From positions 1 through 39,743 of the forward strand of contig DRKE01000239.1 of the NCBI GenBank assembly GCA_011051925.1: DNA of 39,743 bases. Reading direction: 5' to 3'. Of the stretch, positions 26,662 through 34,622 are shown one piece after another. This stretch comes from Deltaproteobacteria bacterium (GTDB lineage Bacteria > Myxococcota_A > UBA9160 > UBA4427). The translations under genes were made by a program, and so were the position numbers. Numbering within the stretch: the first letter of the stretch is position 1; each line of letters opens with the position of its first letter. Under the pieces are notes generated by a model. That model was not told the DNA's origin and did no database searches. It saw nothing but the letters and a program-made list of their open reading frames with translations.

Positions 26662-27759
26662 TCAGAGGGAGACGATGTGTCCTTCGGCTGGATCGATGTG
26701 GCCACCGAGAAGATCGAGATAGATCCTCTCCAGCGCCTGTGGCCCCCGATGTCGGATGACCGCCAGCCAATCATCGCTGAAGGCGGAGAACTCGTCCCAG
26801 GACCGGCCGAGCCGTTCCTGCAACCCGGACCCACCCCAGTCTTCCGTTCGTTTCACGACCCGTGCGGGGGCAAAGAAGAACTCGGGTGTCGGACCGGGCA
26901 GATCCTCCGAAACCGGCTTCGATTCCCAATGGGTCGCCCCCACCGAGCAGGAATAGCGGAGTCGATCGCCCAGGCGCCCGTGCACGGTCGCGACGACATC
27001 ACGGTTGCCGGCCATGTCGACCAGGACGGCCGGCGACGTGTCCGTGAGGGTTTCCAGCGCATCGTAGGAAACGACTTCGTCGTAGCACCCGAGCCGTTCC
27101 ACGAAATCGCGGTTCCGGGCGGAGGTCAGCCCGATGACGCTCCCCCGGGCCCGTCGGTGGAGGAGGTGGGCAAGGGCGATCGAAGTCTTGCTGGACGCGC
27201 TGGTGAGGATTGAACGCTCCGCACCGAAGAAATCCTTCTCGTCGAGAAGGTCGTCGATGAGGAAGGAAGTCATGAAGAGACCACGGAGGAGCATGATCTG
27301 ATCTTCCCGTTCGGCGTGATGGAGGGGATCCCGCTCGACGAAACCGTAGGTCCGATAGACGGGGGCATGTCCGGCCCGGTGGGCCGCGCCATCGACCACC
27401 CCGGTCGGATGGGGCCGGGCGTCGATGACCAGATGGCGACTCATCGGAAAGAAGCCGAAGCAGCGGGTGCCGACGGGGACGTCGGGACTCCGGGACTCGA
27501 CCACGTCGCCGAACCCCATGGCCGGAATCCGGCCCCATCGCCCGGGTCCGGGAAAGAACCCCCAGTAGTCGAGGAGGTCCCCGGCAGCCGCGTACGAGAC
27601 GTTGTTCGAGGTCAGCGCGAAACGGTCGACGGCGAAGAGGACCTGGCCCTCGCCGAGGGTGCCGATCGGCTCGCCCGGTACACAGCGACACGCCCGGAAA
27701 TCATCCCGGTCCACCTGGAAATCGAGCGGAGCAGAGGTCGGATCGGTCGGATCGGTCAT
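26662..27759 (-). CDS. DUF2855 family protein
   Basis: About 365 aa from the ATG at 27759 (MTDPTDPTS...). The sequence VDRFALTSNNVSYAAAGDLLDYWGFFPGPGRWGRIPAMGFGDVVESRSPDVPVGTRCFGFFPMS matches my recollection of the DUF2855 signature (MDR-like fold). Confidence 0.75.
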   Translation of the reverse strand: MTDPTDPTSAPLDFQVDRDDFRACRCVPGEPIGTLGEGQVLFAVDRFALTSNNVSYAAAGDLLDYWGFFPGPGRWGRIPAMGFGDVVESRSPDVPVGTRCFGFFPMSRHLVIDARPHPTGVVDGAAHRAGHAPVYRTYGFVERDPLHHAEREDQIMLLRGLFMTSFLIDDLLDEKDFFGAERSILTSASSKTSIALAHLLHRRARGSVIGLTSARNRDFVERLGCYDEVVSYDALETLTDTSPAVLVDMAGNRDVVATVHGRLGDRLRYSCSVGATHWESKPVSEDLPGPTPEFFFAPARVVKRTEDWGGSGLQERLGRSWDEFSAFSDDWLAVIRHRGPQALERIYLDLLGGHIDPAEGHIVSL

Positions 27760-27920
27760 GGGAGAATGGGCTCCTCGGGTCGGGCGGTGAGGGAGAACGG
27801 AGGGTAGGGCAGGCGGCCTGTTCGATCCGGCGACCCCCGATCCCCCCAGGGGCCAAAGCGGGGTCGGGGGTCGGGAGGGGGAGGGGCAACCGTCCGGCCG
27901 AAAGGACGATTTCTTCCGGC

Positions 27921-27970
27921 AATCATGAAAACGACATTGATTTTCATTTTCTTCGAACATAAACTGCCGA
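27921..27970. promoter_or_regulatory. AT-rich Fur-box-like operator overlapping a sigma70-like promoter, in the divergent DUF2855/bfd intergenic region
   Basis: This is the only strongly AT-rich 50-bp block in this part of the window: aatcATGAAAAcgacattgaTTTTCATtttcttcgaacataaactg. It holds a perfect 7-nt inverted repeat, ATGAAAA (27925-27931) and TTTTCAT (27941-27947), and GATAAT-like hexamers (GAAAAC, GACATT, GATTTT). TTGATT (27938-27943), a 16-nt spacer and TAAACT (27960-27965) resemble -35/-10 elements facing bfd. Confidence 0.35.
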
Positions 27971-28104
27971 TCTGTCCAAGCACGGCCGGCCCGGAGGCCA
28001 GCCCGTCTTCTTCCGGGGCGCTTCAGCTTCCGGAACCCGCTTTGAAACGTCGTCGGAACGACCGAGAACGACAGAGAGAAGGACAGAAGGACACCGAGGA
28101 ACGG

Positions 28105-28329
28105 ATGCTCGTCTGCCATTGTCGCGGAATCACGGATCGACAGATCCGCCGCCTCGTCCGGAACGGGGCGACGTCGACGCGCGATGTCGCGCGAGCGACG
28201 GGTGCCGGTCTGCGCTGTGGCGGATGCCGATCCAACGTGAAGAAGATCGTCGACGAAGCGGTCGCGAGCGATCTCCAGGAATCACGTCGGACGACCCTCC
28301 TCGATCGCATCGTTTCCGTCGAGGGCTGA
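28105..28329 (+). CDS. bfd: bacterioferritin-associated ferredoxin-like (2Fe-2S)-binding protein
   Basis: 74 aa starting MLVCHCRGITDRQIRRLVRNG...GAGLRCGGCRSNVKKIV, with the four-Cys Bfd pattern CxC...CxxC. GAGGA lies 5 nt upstream of the ATG at 28105. Confidence 0.75.
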   Translation: MLVCHCRGITDRQIRRLVRNGATSTRDVARATGAGLRCGGCRSNVKKIVDEAVASDLQESRRTTLLDRIVSVEG

Positions 28330-28453
28330 AGCCCGCCCCCGCCGTGCCCCCGGAACCACGGGGTCCGGCCCCCCGCCGTTCATGCTCCCGGATTCCAGCG
28401 TCCAGCCGGGCCCGCACCCCTCCCAGCGCAGGCCGGCGGAATGGCCGGATCTA

Positions 28454-28495
28454 CCTCGGGCATCGTTCCTCGGGCATTCTCCCTCGGGCGTTGTC
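28454..28495. repeat. three tandem 14-bp direct repeats (CCTCGGGCNTNNTC)
   Basis: cctcgggcatcgtt (28454-28467), cctcgggcattctc (28468-28481) and cctcgggcgttgtc (28482-28495) lie head to tail in the bfd-downstream spacer, about 80 nt upstream of the small ORF at 28574. Confidence 0.7.
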
Positions 28496-28573
28496 CGGAT
28501 CGACAGACGCGCCAGCCGACGGAAGATTGGGGGCCCCGCCCCCGTCCTGACCTTTCGACGATCGGAGGATTCC

Positions 28574-28741
28574 ATGGGAAAGACCTGCGCCTGGTGCGGC
28601 ACGCTGCTTCGAGCCATTTCGGGCACCACCATTCCGACGAGTCAGGCCCTCTGCCAGGGATGCCTCGACGAACTCGAGAGCGCGCTCTCGTCCCGGGGAC
28701 TCGACGTGGATCCGTCGCAGCCGCGAACGACACCACACTAG
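28574..28741 (+). CDS. small zinc-ribbon-like protein (55 aa, CxxC...CxxC)
   Basis: Sequence MGKTCAWCGTLL...ALCQGCLDEL. A strong RBS (GGAGGA) lies 5 nt upstream of the ATG. GC3 is about three quarters by manual count. The upstream part of the 119-aa track ORF is not protein-like. Confidence 0.45.
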   Translation: MGKTCAWCGTLLRAISGTTIPTSQALCQGCLDELESALSSRGLDVDPSQPRTTPH

Positions 28742-28783
28742 TTCCGGATCGTCCGGCGTCGACGTTCCGAGACCGCTCGCTCC

Positions 28784-30037
28784 TCAGCTCCGGAGCAGGT
28801 CCTTCGCGATCGCGCGGATCTGCATCTCGTCCGTGCCCGCGTAGATCTGCAGCACTTTCGAGTCGCGTGCGAGCTGCTCGACGACGTACTCCGACATGTA
28901 GCCGTTGCCGCCATAGACCTGGACCGCCTCCATGGCGACCTCGACGGCGGCCCGGGCCGCGTAGAGCTTCATGGCCGACGCCTCGGCCAGGGTCATCGTC
29001 CTGCCGTTCGCGGAGAGTTCGATCGTGCGGAAGACCAGGTTCTGGAGGTTCATGCGTGCGACCTCCATGCGGGCGAGCTTGTCCTGGATGAGCTGATACT
29101 CGCCGATGGGGCGCTCGAACTGCACCCGTTCTCGCGCGTATTTCAGCGACAGTTCGAGGCAGCGATCCACGATGCCGAGGGCCATGGCAGCCACGCCCGT
29201 TCGTTCGGTCTGGAAGGTCCCCTTGGCGCCTTCGCGTCCGCCCCCTTGCTTTCCGAGCGCTTCTTCGCCCCCCAACAAGCGGTCCATGCCGACGCGCACG
29301 TCGGTCAGGAAGAGTTCGCCCGTCGGCGACGAATGCATGCCCATCTTGCGCAGGGCACCCGTCTGCTCGAAACCCGGCATGCCGCGGTCGAGCACGAAGT
29401 TCAGGATCTTCCGGTCACGAAGATCCACGCCTTCCTCTTCGAGCTTGCAGATGAAGACCGTCGTGTCGGCATGGGGGCCGTTGGTGATGAAGGTCTTCGA
29501 CCCGTTCAGGACGAACTCGTCTCCTTCCCTGCGTGCCGAGGCCCGCATTCCACCGAAGGCGTCGGAACCCGATCCGGGCTCCGTGATCGCCCAGGCACCG
29601 ATCTTTTCGAGGGTCAGGATGTCGAGGGCCCAGCGCTCCTTCTGTTCGATCGTTCCCTTTGAAAGGATGGCCGAGGCCGTGAGGCCCACGCTGACGCCCA
29701 TGGCGGTCACCATGCCCGGGCAGTAGCGACACAATTCGATGATGGGAATGAGTGTCGCAGCGGCCTGGTCGGCGCGCGCGGCCGGATCGATTGCTCCATC
29801 CGCGGATTTCGCCCTGGCCTCCTTTCGGGAGAGGCCCGCCTTCTCGGCTTCGATCTGCTTCCGGAATCGCGCACGCGCCATCTCGTCCATGCCGAAGGCC
29901 GCGTACATCTTGCGAAGGATGTCGTAGGGGGGCAGATCACCGTGCTCGAGTTCCTCGACGTGCGGCGCTACTTCGGCCTCCACGAATCGGCGTACGGCGT
30001 CGCGGATCATCAACTGGGACTCGCTCCATTCGATCAT
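28784..30037 (-). CDS. acyl-CoA dehydrogenase
   Basis: 417 aa. The N-terminus ESQLMIRDAVRRFVEAEVAP, the segment AITEPGSGSD and the C-terminal IYAGTDEMQIRAIAKDLL are typical of ACADs. Confidence 0.9.
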   Translation of the reverse strand: MIEWSESQLMIRDAVRRFVEAEVAPHVEELEHGDLPPYDILRKMYAAFGMDEMARARFRKQIEAEKAGLSRKEARAKSADGAIDPAARADQAAATLIPIIELCRYCPGMVTAMGVSVGLTASAILSKGTIEQKERWALDILTLEKIGAWAITEPGSGSDAFGGMRASARREGDEFVLNGSKTFITNGPHADTTVFICKLEEEGVDLRDRKILNFVLDRGMPGFEQTGALRKMGMHSSPTGELFLTDVRVGMDRLLGGEEALGKQGGGREGAKGTFQTERTGVAAMALGIVDRCLELSLKYARERVQFERPIGEYQLIQDKLARMEVARMNLQNLVFRTIELSANGRTMTLAEASAMKLYAARAAVEVAMEAVQVYGGNGYMSEYVVEQLARDSKVLQIYAGTDEMQIRAIAKDLLRS

Positions 30038-31548
30038 GCCGGGTTTCCTTCCTTTGGCTCGCTCTGGTTCGTGGGATTCGAGGGCGCCGCAGAGGCGGCG
30101 GTACGGCCGGCCATCCGACCGAAGAAGCTGCTTCCGCCGATCGACATGCCGCTCGCGTAGTAGCGTCCGGATCGCGTCAGGCCCGCCGAGGCCCGGCCCG
30201 CCGCATAGAGGCCCGGAATGACCTCGCCATCGACCGTGAGGACTTCACCCGAAGGCTTCGTGTCGAGGCCACCGAGGGTGAACGCGGCCCAGATGCTCTT
30301 GTCGACCGAGAGGTCGAGGGCGGCGTAGGGCGGATTCGACAGGGGCTTCACGTATTTCGCCGCCTTGTGGTAGACGGGGTCCTCGTTCCGTTCGGCATGG
30401 CGATTGTAGGAATCGAAGGTATGCACGAGCTGTCCTTCGGGCATCCCGAGCGTCTTTTCCAGATCTTCGATCGTTTCTTCGACGCCTGCGATCTCGTAGG
30501 GCACCATCGCCTGTCCGTAGATCGAATCGTCGACGATGAGAAAGGCCTGTCCGTCGGCCTTCTGCATGATCGCGTCGGCCACGCGGCCGTGATAGCAGTC
30601 CTCGTTGATGAAGCGTTGGCCCTGGCGATTCACGATCAGCCCCTCGATGTGGGAGACCGGGGGGAAGTAGGGGGTCGTCATCAAGCCCTCGTGCATGTTG
30701 ATCGCGGCCCCGCCGACGCCCATCCCCATCCGGATGCCGCTTCCATCACATCCCTCGCTGCCGATGGGATAGCGGCATCTCGCGAGATCGGGAGCGAAAT
30801 GCCGGACCATCTCCCGGTTCATGATGAAGCCACCCGTCGTGAGGATCACGCCGCGGCTGGCCCGGACGGCGACTTCCTCTCCGTCGATCGTGGCGATGAT
30901 CCCGACGACCCGCCCGTCGTCGTCGCGAACGAGCGTCGAGACGCGCGATTCGTTCCGGATCGGGACGCCGAGCTCCCCGAGCGTCGAGATCATCCGTTCG
31001 ATGATGTAGCCGCCGGCGGCGCCTTCCTTCCTGGGTTTGTGGCCCCGGGGTGCAGGGGGGCTTTCCCGGGAAAAGGGGTAGGCCTCTTCGTTGCCCGAAT
31101 AGATCAGGCAATCGTCGGTCGGGGGGAAGATCACCTTTTCCGGGTAGTGGGTGTCCTTGAACTCGACGCCGATGCTGTCGAAGAAATCGAAGTGGTCGAG
31201 ACTGTTCTCGCAGTAGAGACGGACCTTCTCGGGATCGCTCGTCGGTCCGGCGGCGCGACTGACATGAGCCAGCATGTCCTCCGTCGTGTCGGAGAAGCCG
31301 GCCGCCTTCTGGACCCGGGTGCCGCCCCCGAAATAGATCGTGCCTTCCGAGAGCGCCGTCGCGCCGCCGCCGCGCGCGGCGCGCTCGAAAACGATCGTGC
31401 GCGCGCCCGCGCGGGCCGCTTCGATGGCGGCGGCCCCTCCCGCCACGCCCAGGCCCACGACGATCACCTCGAAATCGCCCCACCATCGGTCGATCCGGCT
31501 CGCACGCCGAGGTCGGGAGGGAAGGGGCTTCGAGGGCGTCGCAGACAT
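30034..31548 (-). CDS. FAD-dependent oxidoreductase, 3-ketosteroid-delta1-dehydrogenase / fumarate-reductase flavoprotein-like
   Basis: Contains the dinucleotide fold VIVVGLGVAGGAAAIEAARAGARTIVFER, followed by GGATALSEG and a C-terminal YAAGR. The ATG at 31548 has GGAGAT upstream. The stop overlaps the ACAD start (ATGA at 30034-30037). Confidence 0.8.
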   Translation of the reverse strand: MSATPSKPLPSRPRRASRIDRWWGDFEVIVVGLGVAGGAAAIEAARAGARTIVFERAARGGGATALSEGTIYFGGGTRVQKAAGFSDTTEDMLAHVSRAAGPTSDPEKVRLYCENSLDHFDFFDSIGVEFKDTHYPEKVIFPPTDDCLIYSGNEEAYPFSRESPPAPRGHKPRKEGAAGGYIIERMISTLGELGVPIRNESRVSTLVRDDDGRVVGIIATIDGEEVAVRASRGVILTTGGFIMNREMVRHFAPDLARCRYPIGSEGCDGSGIRMGMGVGGAAINMHEGLMTTPYFPPVSHIEGLIVNRQGQRFINEDCYHGRVADAIMQKADGQAFLIVDDSIYGQAMVPYEIAGVEETIEDLEKTLGMPEGQLVHTFDSYNRHAERNEDPVYHKAAKYVKPLSNPPYAALDLSVDKSIWAAFTLGGLDTKPSGEVLTVDGEVIPGLYAAGRASAGLTRSGRYYASGMSIGGSSFFGRMAGRTAASAAPSNPTNQSEPKEGNPA

Positions 31549-31720
31549 CGTTCCGATCTCCAAGGGCGGGTCTCGATCAGGGGGTGGGAGGATAGCGGGA
31601 TCGGGTATCGTCTCGACCTGCCCCTTCCAGGTCCGCGTCGTCCGGTTGCCTCCAGGGGGCGCGTACCCCGAAAATCCGGACGGCCCCGAAAAGACGCCCG
31701 AGAATAAAGGAGAACCTCCC

Positions 31721-32572
31721 GTGAAATTCGGCCTCATGTTCGCGAATACCGGTCCCTTCATTCAGCCCGAAGGGCTGACCCTGCTCGCCCAGACGGCTGA
31801 AGAGGTCGGGATGGAGTCTCTCTGGACGGTGGAACACGTCGTCGTGCCACTGGGCTACGAATCGACCTACCCCTACAGCCGGGACGGGAAGATGCCGGGA
31901 TCGGAGGAAGCGCCGATTCCGGATCCCCTCATCTGGCTGACCTATGCCGCCGCGGTCACGACGAAGATCAAGTTGGCGACGGGGATCATCATCCTGCCCC
32001 AGCGTCATCCGCTCTATCTCGCCAAGGAGGCGTCGACGCTCGACCTCCTTTCGGGCGGACGGCTGCTGCTCGGGATCGGCGTCGGCTGGCTCGAGGAGGA
32101 ATTCAAGGCACTGAACGTCCCCTTCGAATCGCGGGGGGCGATCACGGACGAATCGATCGTCGCCTTGCGGGAACTCTGGGGGCCCGGTGCGTCGGAGCAC
32201 GACGGCAGCTACTACCGCTGGCCGAAGGTCGAATCGAATCCGAAGCCCGTCGGAGGCAAGGTGCCGATCATCGTCGGAGGGCATTCGAGGGTGGCGGCCC
32301 GGCGTGCTGCACGGCTCGGCGACGGGTTCTTTCCGGCCCGTGCGGACAAGCTCGACGAGTGTCTTGCCGAGCTGAAGGCCGAGTGCGCGCGGATCGGCCG
32401 CGATCCGGGCGAGATCGAGATCACGACGGGCGGCGTCCCGACGCTGGACGAGGTCAAACGGCTCGAGGACATGGGCGTCAGTCGCTTCACCGTCGGTCCG
32501 CCCGGCTTCACGCCCGATGCCCTGCGAGAGGGTCTCGAAAAGCTGGGGAACGAATTGATCTCGAAGTCCTGA
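31721..32572 (+). CDS. LLM class F420-dependent oxidoreductase (TIGR03619-like)
   Basis: The sequence VKFGLMFANTG...AEEVGMESLWTVEHVVVP...KLATGIIILPQRHPLYLAKEASTLDLLSGGRLLLGIGVGWLEEEF matches this subfamily. The GTG start at 31721 has AAGGAG 9 nt upstream. The upstream part of the 410-aa track ORF is shadow of the KstD-like gene. Confidence 0.8.
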   Translation: MKFGLMFANTGPFIQPEGLTLLAQTAEEVGMESLWTVEHVVVPLGYESTYPYSRDGKMPGSEEAPIPDPLIWLTYAAAVTTKIKLATGIIILPQRHPLYLAKEASTLDLLSGGRLLLGIGVGWLEEEFKALNVPFESRGAITDESIVALRELWGPGASEHDGSYYRWPKVESNPKPVGGKVPIIVGGHSRVAARRAARLGDGFFPARADKLDECLAELKAECARIGRDPGEIEITTGGVPTLDEVKRLEDMGVSRFTVGPPGFTPDALREGLEKLGNELISKS

Positions 32573-32594
32573 TTCCGGTCGGTCGTCTTCTTCC

Positions 32595-34622
32595 ATGCCG
32601 ATTCTCGATGCGACCGGGCTTCGCAAGACCGTCGCTGGTCGAACCCTCTTCGAAGGCGTGACACTCACGATCCGGCGGGGCGAGAAAGTCGGCCTGGTCG
32701 GTTCGAATGGCGCGGGGAAGACCACTCTCGGCCGCGTCCTGGCGGGTGTCCTCGAGCCCGATGGGGGCCGGATCTCGAGGCGTCGCGATTCGACGGTCGG
32801 GTACCTCGCACAGGAGCCGCGCTTCGAAGCCGGACGTAGCGTTCGCGAGACCGTACTCGAGGGGCTCGGAAGATGGAGCGAACTGAAGAGACGCTACGAC
32901 GCGCTGACGGAGACGCTGGCTCGGGTGTCCGACCCGGAAGAACTGGCCCGGGTGTCGCTCGAACAGGCCGGGGTCGGCGAAGCGCTCGAAAGGGAGGGAG
33001 GCTGGGAACGGGAACACGAGGCCGAAGCGACCGTCGGCCATCTCGGGATCGCCGATCCCCTTCGCCCGGTCGAGACGCTCAGCGGGGGCGAAGCGCGTCG
33101 CGTCGCCCTCGCCAGGCTTCTCGTCGCCGCGCCGGACCTCGCGATCCTCGACGAACCGACCAATCATCTCGACATCGAGACGATCGAATGGCTCGAGGCC
33201 TATCTGCGTGATCGCTGGAAGGGAGCGTTGCTCTTGATCAGTCATGATCGGCGTGTTCTCGATGCCGTGACGACCCGGACCCTCGAGATCCATGATGGCT
33301 GCGTCGATGGCTACGACGGGGGATACGCGCTCTATCTCGAGGGCAAGGCCGAACGAGAGGCGCACCAGGAGCGGACCGAGCGCAACCGGCAGAACTTCCT
33401 CCGCCGTGAACTCGAATGGCTGCGTCGGCAGCCGAAGGCGCGGGGCACGAAACAGAAGGCACGGACGGCCCGCGCCGAGGCGGCACTCGAAACGATGGCG
33501 CCTCGCCAGCAAGGACAGGCCGACCTCCGCCTTCGTTCGGAGCGTCTCGGAAAGACCATCCTCGAGTTGTCGGATCTCGTGATCGAGCGGGAGGGTCGTC
33601 GTCTGATCGATGGGCTCGATCTCGCGCTTCGTCCGGGTGAGCGGATCGGAGTCGTCGGCCCGAACGGATCGGGCAAGACGAGCCTGTTGCTGGCGATTCG
33701 GGGCACCCTCGTTCCGACTCGCGGCCGCATCGTCGTCGGTGCCAACACGAAGATCGGGTATCTCGATCAATCTCGTGCCGATCTCGACGATGGGGCCAGC
33801 GTACGCGAGGCCGCCCTCGGCGACGCGCAGGAAGTCGTGCTCGGGGAAGAGCGGCTCTCGGCAGGAAGCTATCTGGAGCGGTTTCTCTTCCGTGGACCAC
33901 GGCAGAGGGACCGGGTCAGCGAACTCTCCGGAGGAGAGCGTGCCCGGGTCTGTCTGGCCCGACTGCTCGCGCAGAAATGCAACCTGCTCCTGCTCGACGA
34001 GCCGACCAATGACCTCGACGTCGCGACCCTGGGCGCGCTCGAATCGATGTTGGTCGACTTCGGGGGCAGCGTCATCCTCGTCAGTCACGACCGCTGGATG
34101 CTCGATCGCGTGGCGACCTCGATCCTGGCCTTCGAAAACGACGGACGTGTCGACTACCATGTCGGGAACTACACCGACTATCGGGCGCGTCGTTCGGCGA
34201 ACCATGGGTTGGCGCCTTCCGGACGAGTCGGGCGGGAACGGGGCGCGGGACCGCGGATTCCGGGTTCGTCCGCGCGCGCCGTTCTCACGGGTGCCGAGTC
34301 GTCCGATCTCGCGGAGCGATCCGGATCGGCGGGGCGAACGGGGCCGAGGAAGCCGACGCAGGCCGAGCGCCTCGAACTCGAGGGCCTGTTCGAGAAGATC
34401 GAAGCGGCCGAGGCGCGTGTGGCGGAACTCCAGGCCAGGCTGGCGGATCCGGAACTCTATCGGGGGACGGGCGAGGACGTCGCGGGTCTTCGGATGGCGC
34501 TCGAGCGAGCGGAATCGGAGGCGTTGCGGTTGACGACGCGCTGGGAAGAACTCGAAGAGTGCAAAGCCGAATGGGAGAAGGCGCGGGTCGGGCGGCCCCC
34601 TAGCGATTCGAAAAGACGATGA
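32595..34622 (+). CDS. ABC-F family ATPase (Uup/EttA-type; two ABC domains plus a C-terminal coiled coil)
   Basis: Two Walker A motifs (GSNGAGKTT and GPNGSGKTS), two LSGGE signatures, no TM domain, and a C-terminal ERLELEGLFEKIEAAEARVAELQARL coiled coil. Confidence 0.9.
   Translation: MPILDATGLRKTVAGRTLFEGVTLTIRRGEKVGLVGSNGAGKTTLGRVLAGVLEPDGGRISRRRDSTVGYLAQEPRFEAGRSVRETVLEGLGRWSELKRRYDALTETLARVSDPEELARVSLEQAGVGEALEREGGWEREHEAEATVGHLGIADPLRPVETLSGGEARRVALARLLVAAPDLAILDEPTNHLDIETIEWLEAYLRDRWKGALLLISHDRRVLDAVTTRTLEIHDGCVDGYDGGYALYLEGKAEREAHQERTERNRQNFLRRELEWLRRQPKARGTKQKARTARAEAALETMAPRQQGQADLRLRSERLGKTILELSDLVIEREGRRLIDGLDLALRPGERIGVVGPNGSGKTSLLLAIRGTLVPTRGRIVVGANTKIGYLDQSRADLDDGASVREAALGDAQEVVLGEERLSAGSYLERFLFRGPRQRDRVSELSGGERARVCLARLLAQKCNLLLLDEPTNDLDVATLGALESMLVDFGGSVILVSHDRWMLDRVATSILAFENDGRVDYHVGNYTDYRARRSANHGLAPSGRVGRERGAGPRIPGSSARAVLTGAESSDLAERSGSAGRTGPRKPTQAERLELEGLFEKIEAAEARVAELQARLADPELYRGTGEDVAGLRMALERAESEALRLTTRWEELEECKAEWEKARVGRPPSDSKRR

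Noticed and set aside
27736-27759. A tandem 9-nt repeat (ggtcggatc, about 2.5 copies) at the 5' end of the DUF2855 gene.
   Set aside because: It is in frame and simply encodes MTDPTDPTS. It is a short coding micro-repeat, possibly slippage-prone, not a regulatory or CRISPR-like array.
27860-27886. The G-run GGGGTCGGGGGTCGGGAGGGGGAGGGG, which could form a G-quadruplex in the DUF2855/bfd intergenic region.
   Set aside because: Four or more G-tracts occur readily by chance at this G+C content, and I have no evidence of function. I note it only as a possible contributor to regulation of the divergent promoters.
27925-28329. The 134-aa version of the Bfd ORF, starting at the ATG inside the AT-rich block (MKTTLIFIFFEHKL...).
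   Set aside because: The extra 60 codons are AT-rich or low-complexity (KRRRNDRERQREGQKDTEER) and unlike local codon usage. Bfd proteins start MxVCxC, and the internal ATG at 28105 has a good RBS. The AT-rich block is better explained as a promoter/operator.
32700-32710. GGTTCGAATGG, which resembles a tRNA T-arm/T-loop.
   Set aside because: It lies inside the ABC-F Walker A coding sequence (LVGSNGAGK). No acceptor or anticodon stems can be drawn around it. I found no tRNA-like cloverleaf in any intergenic region.
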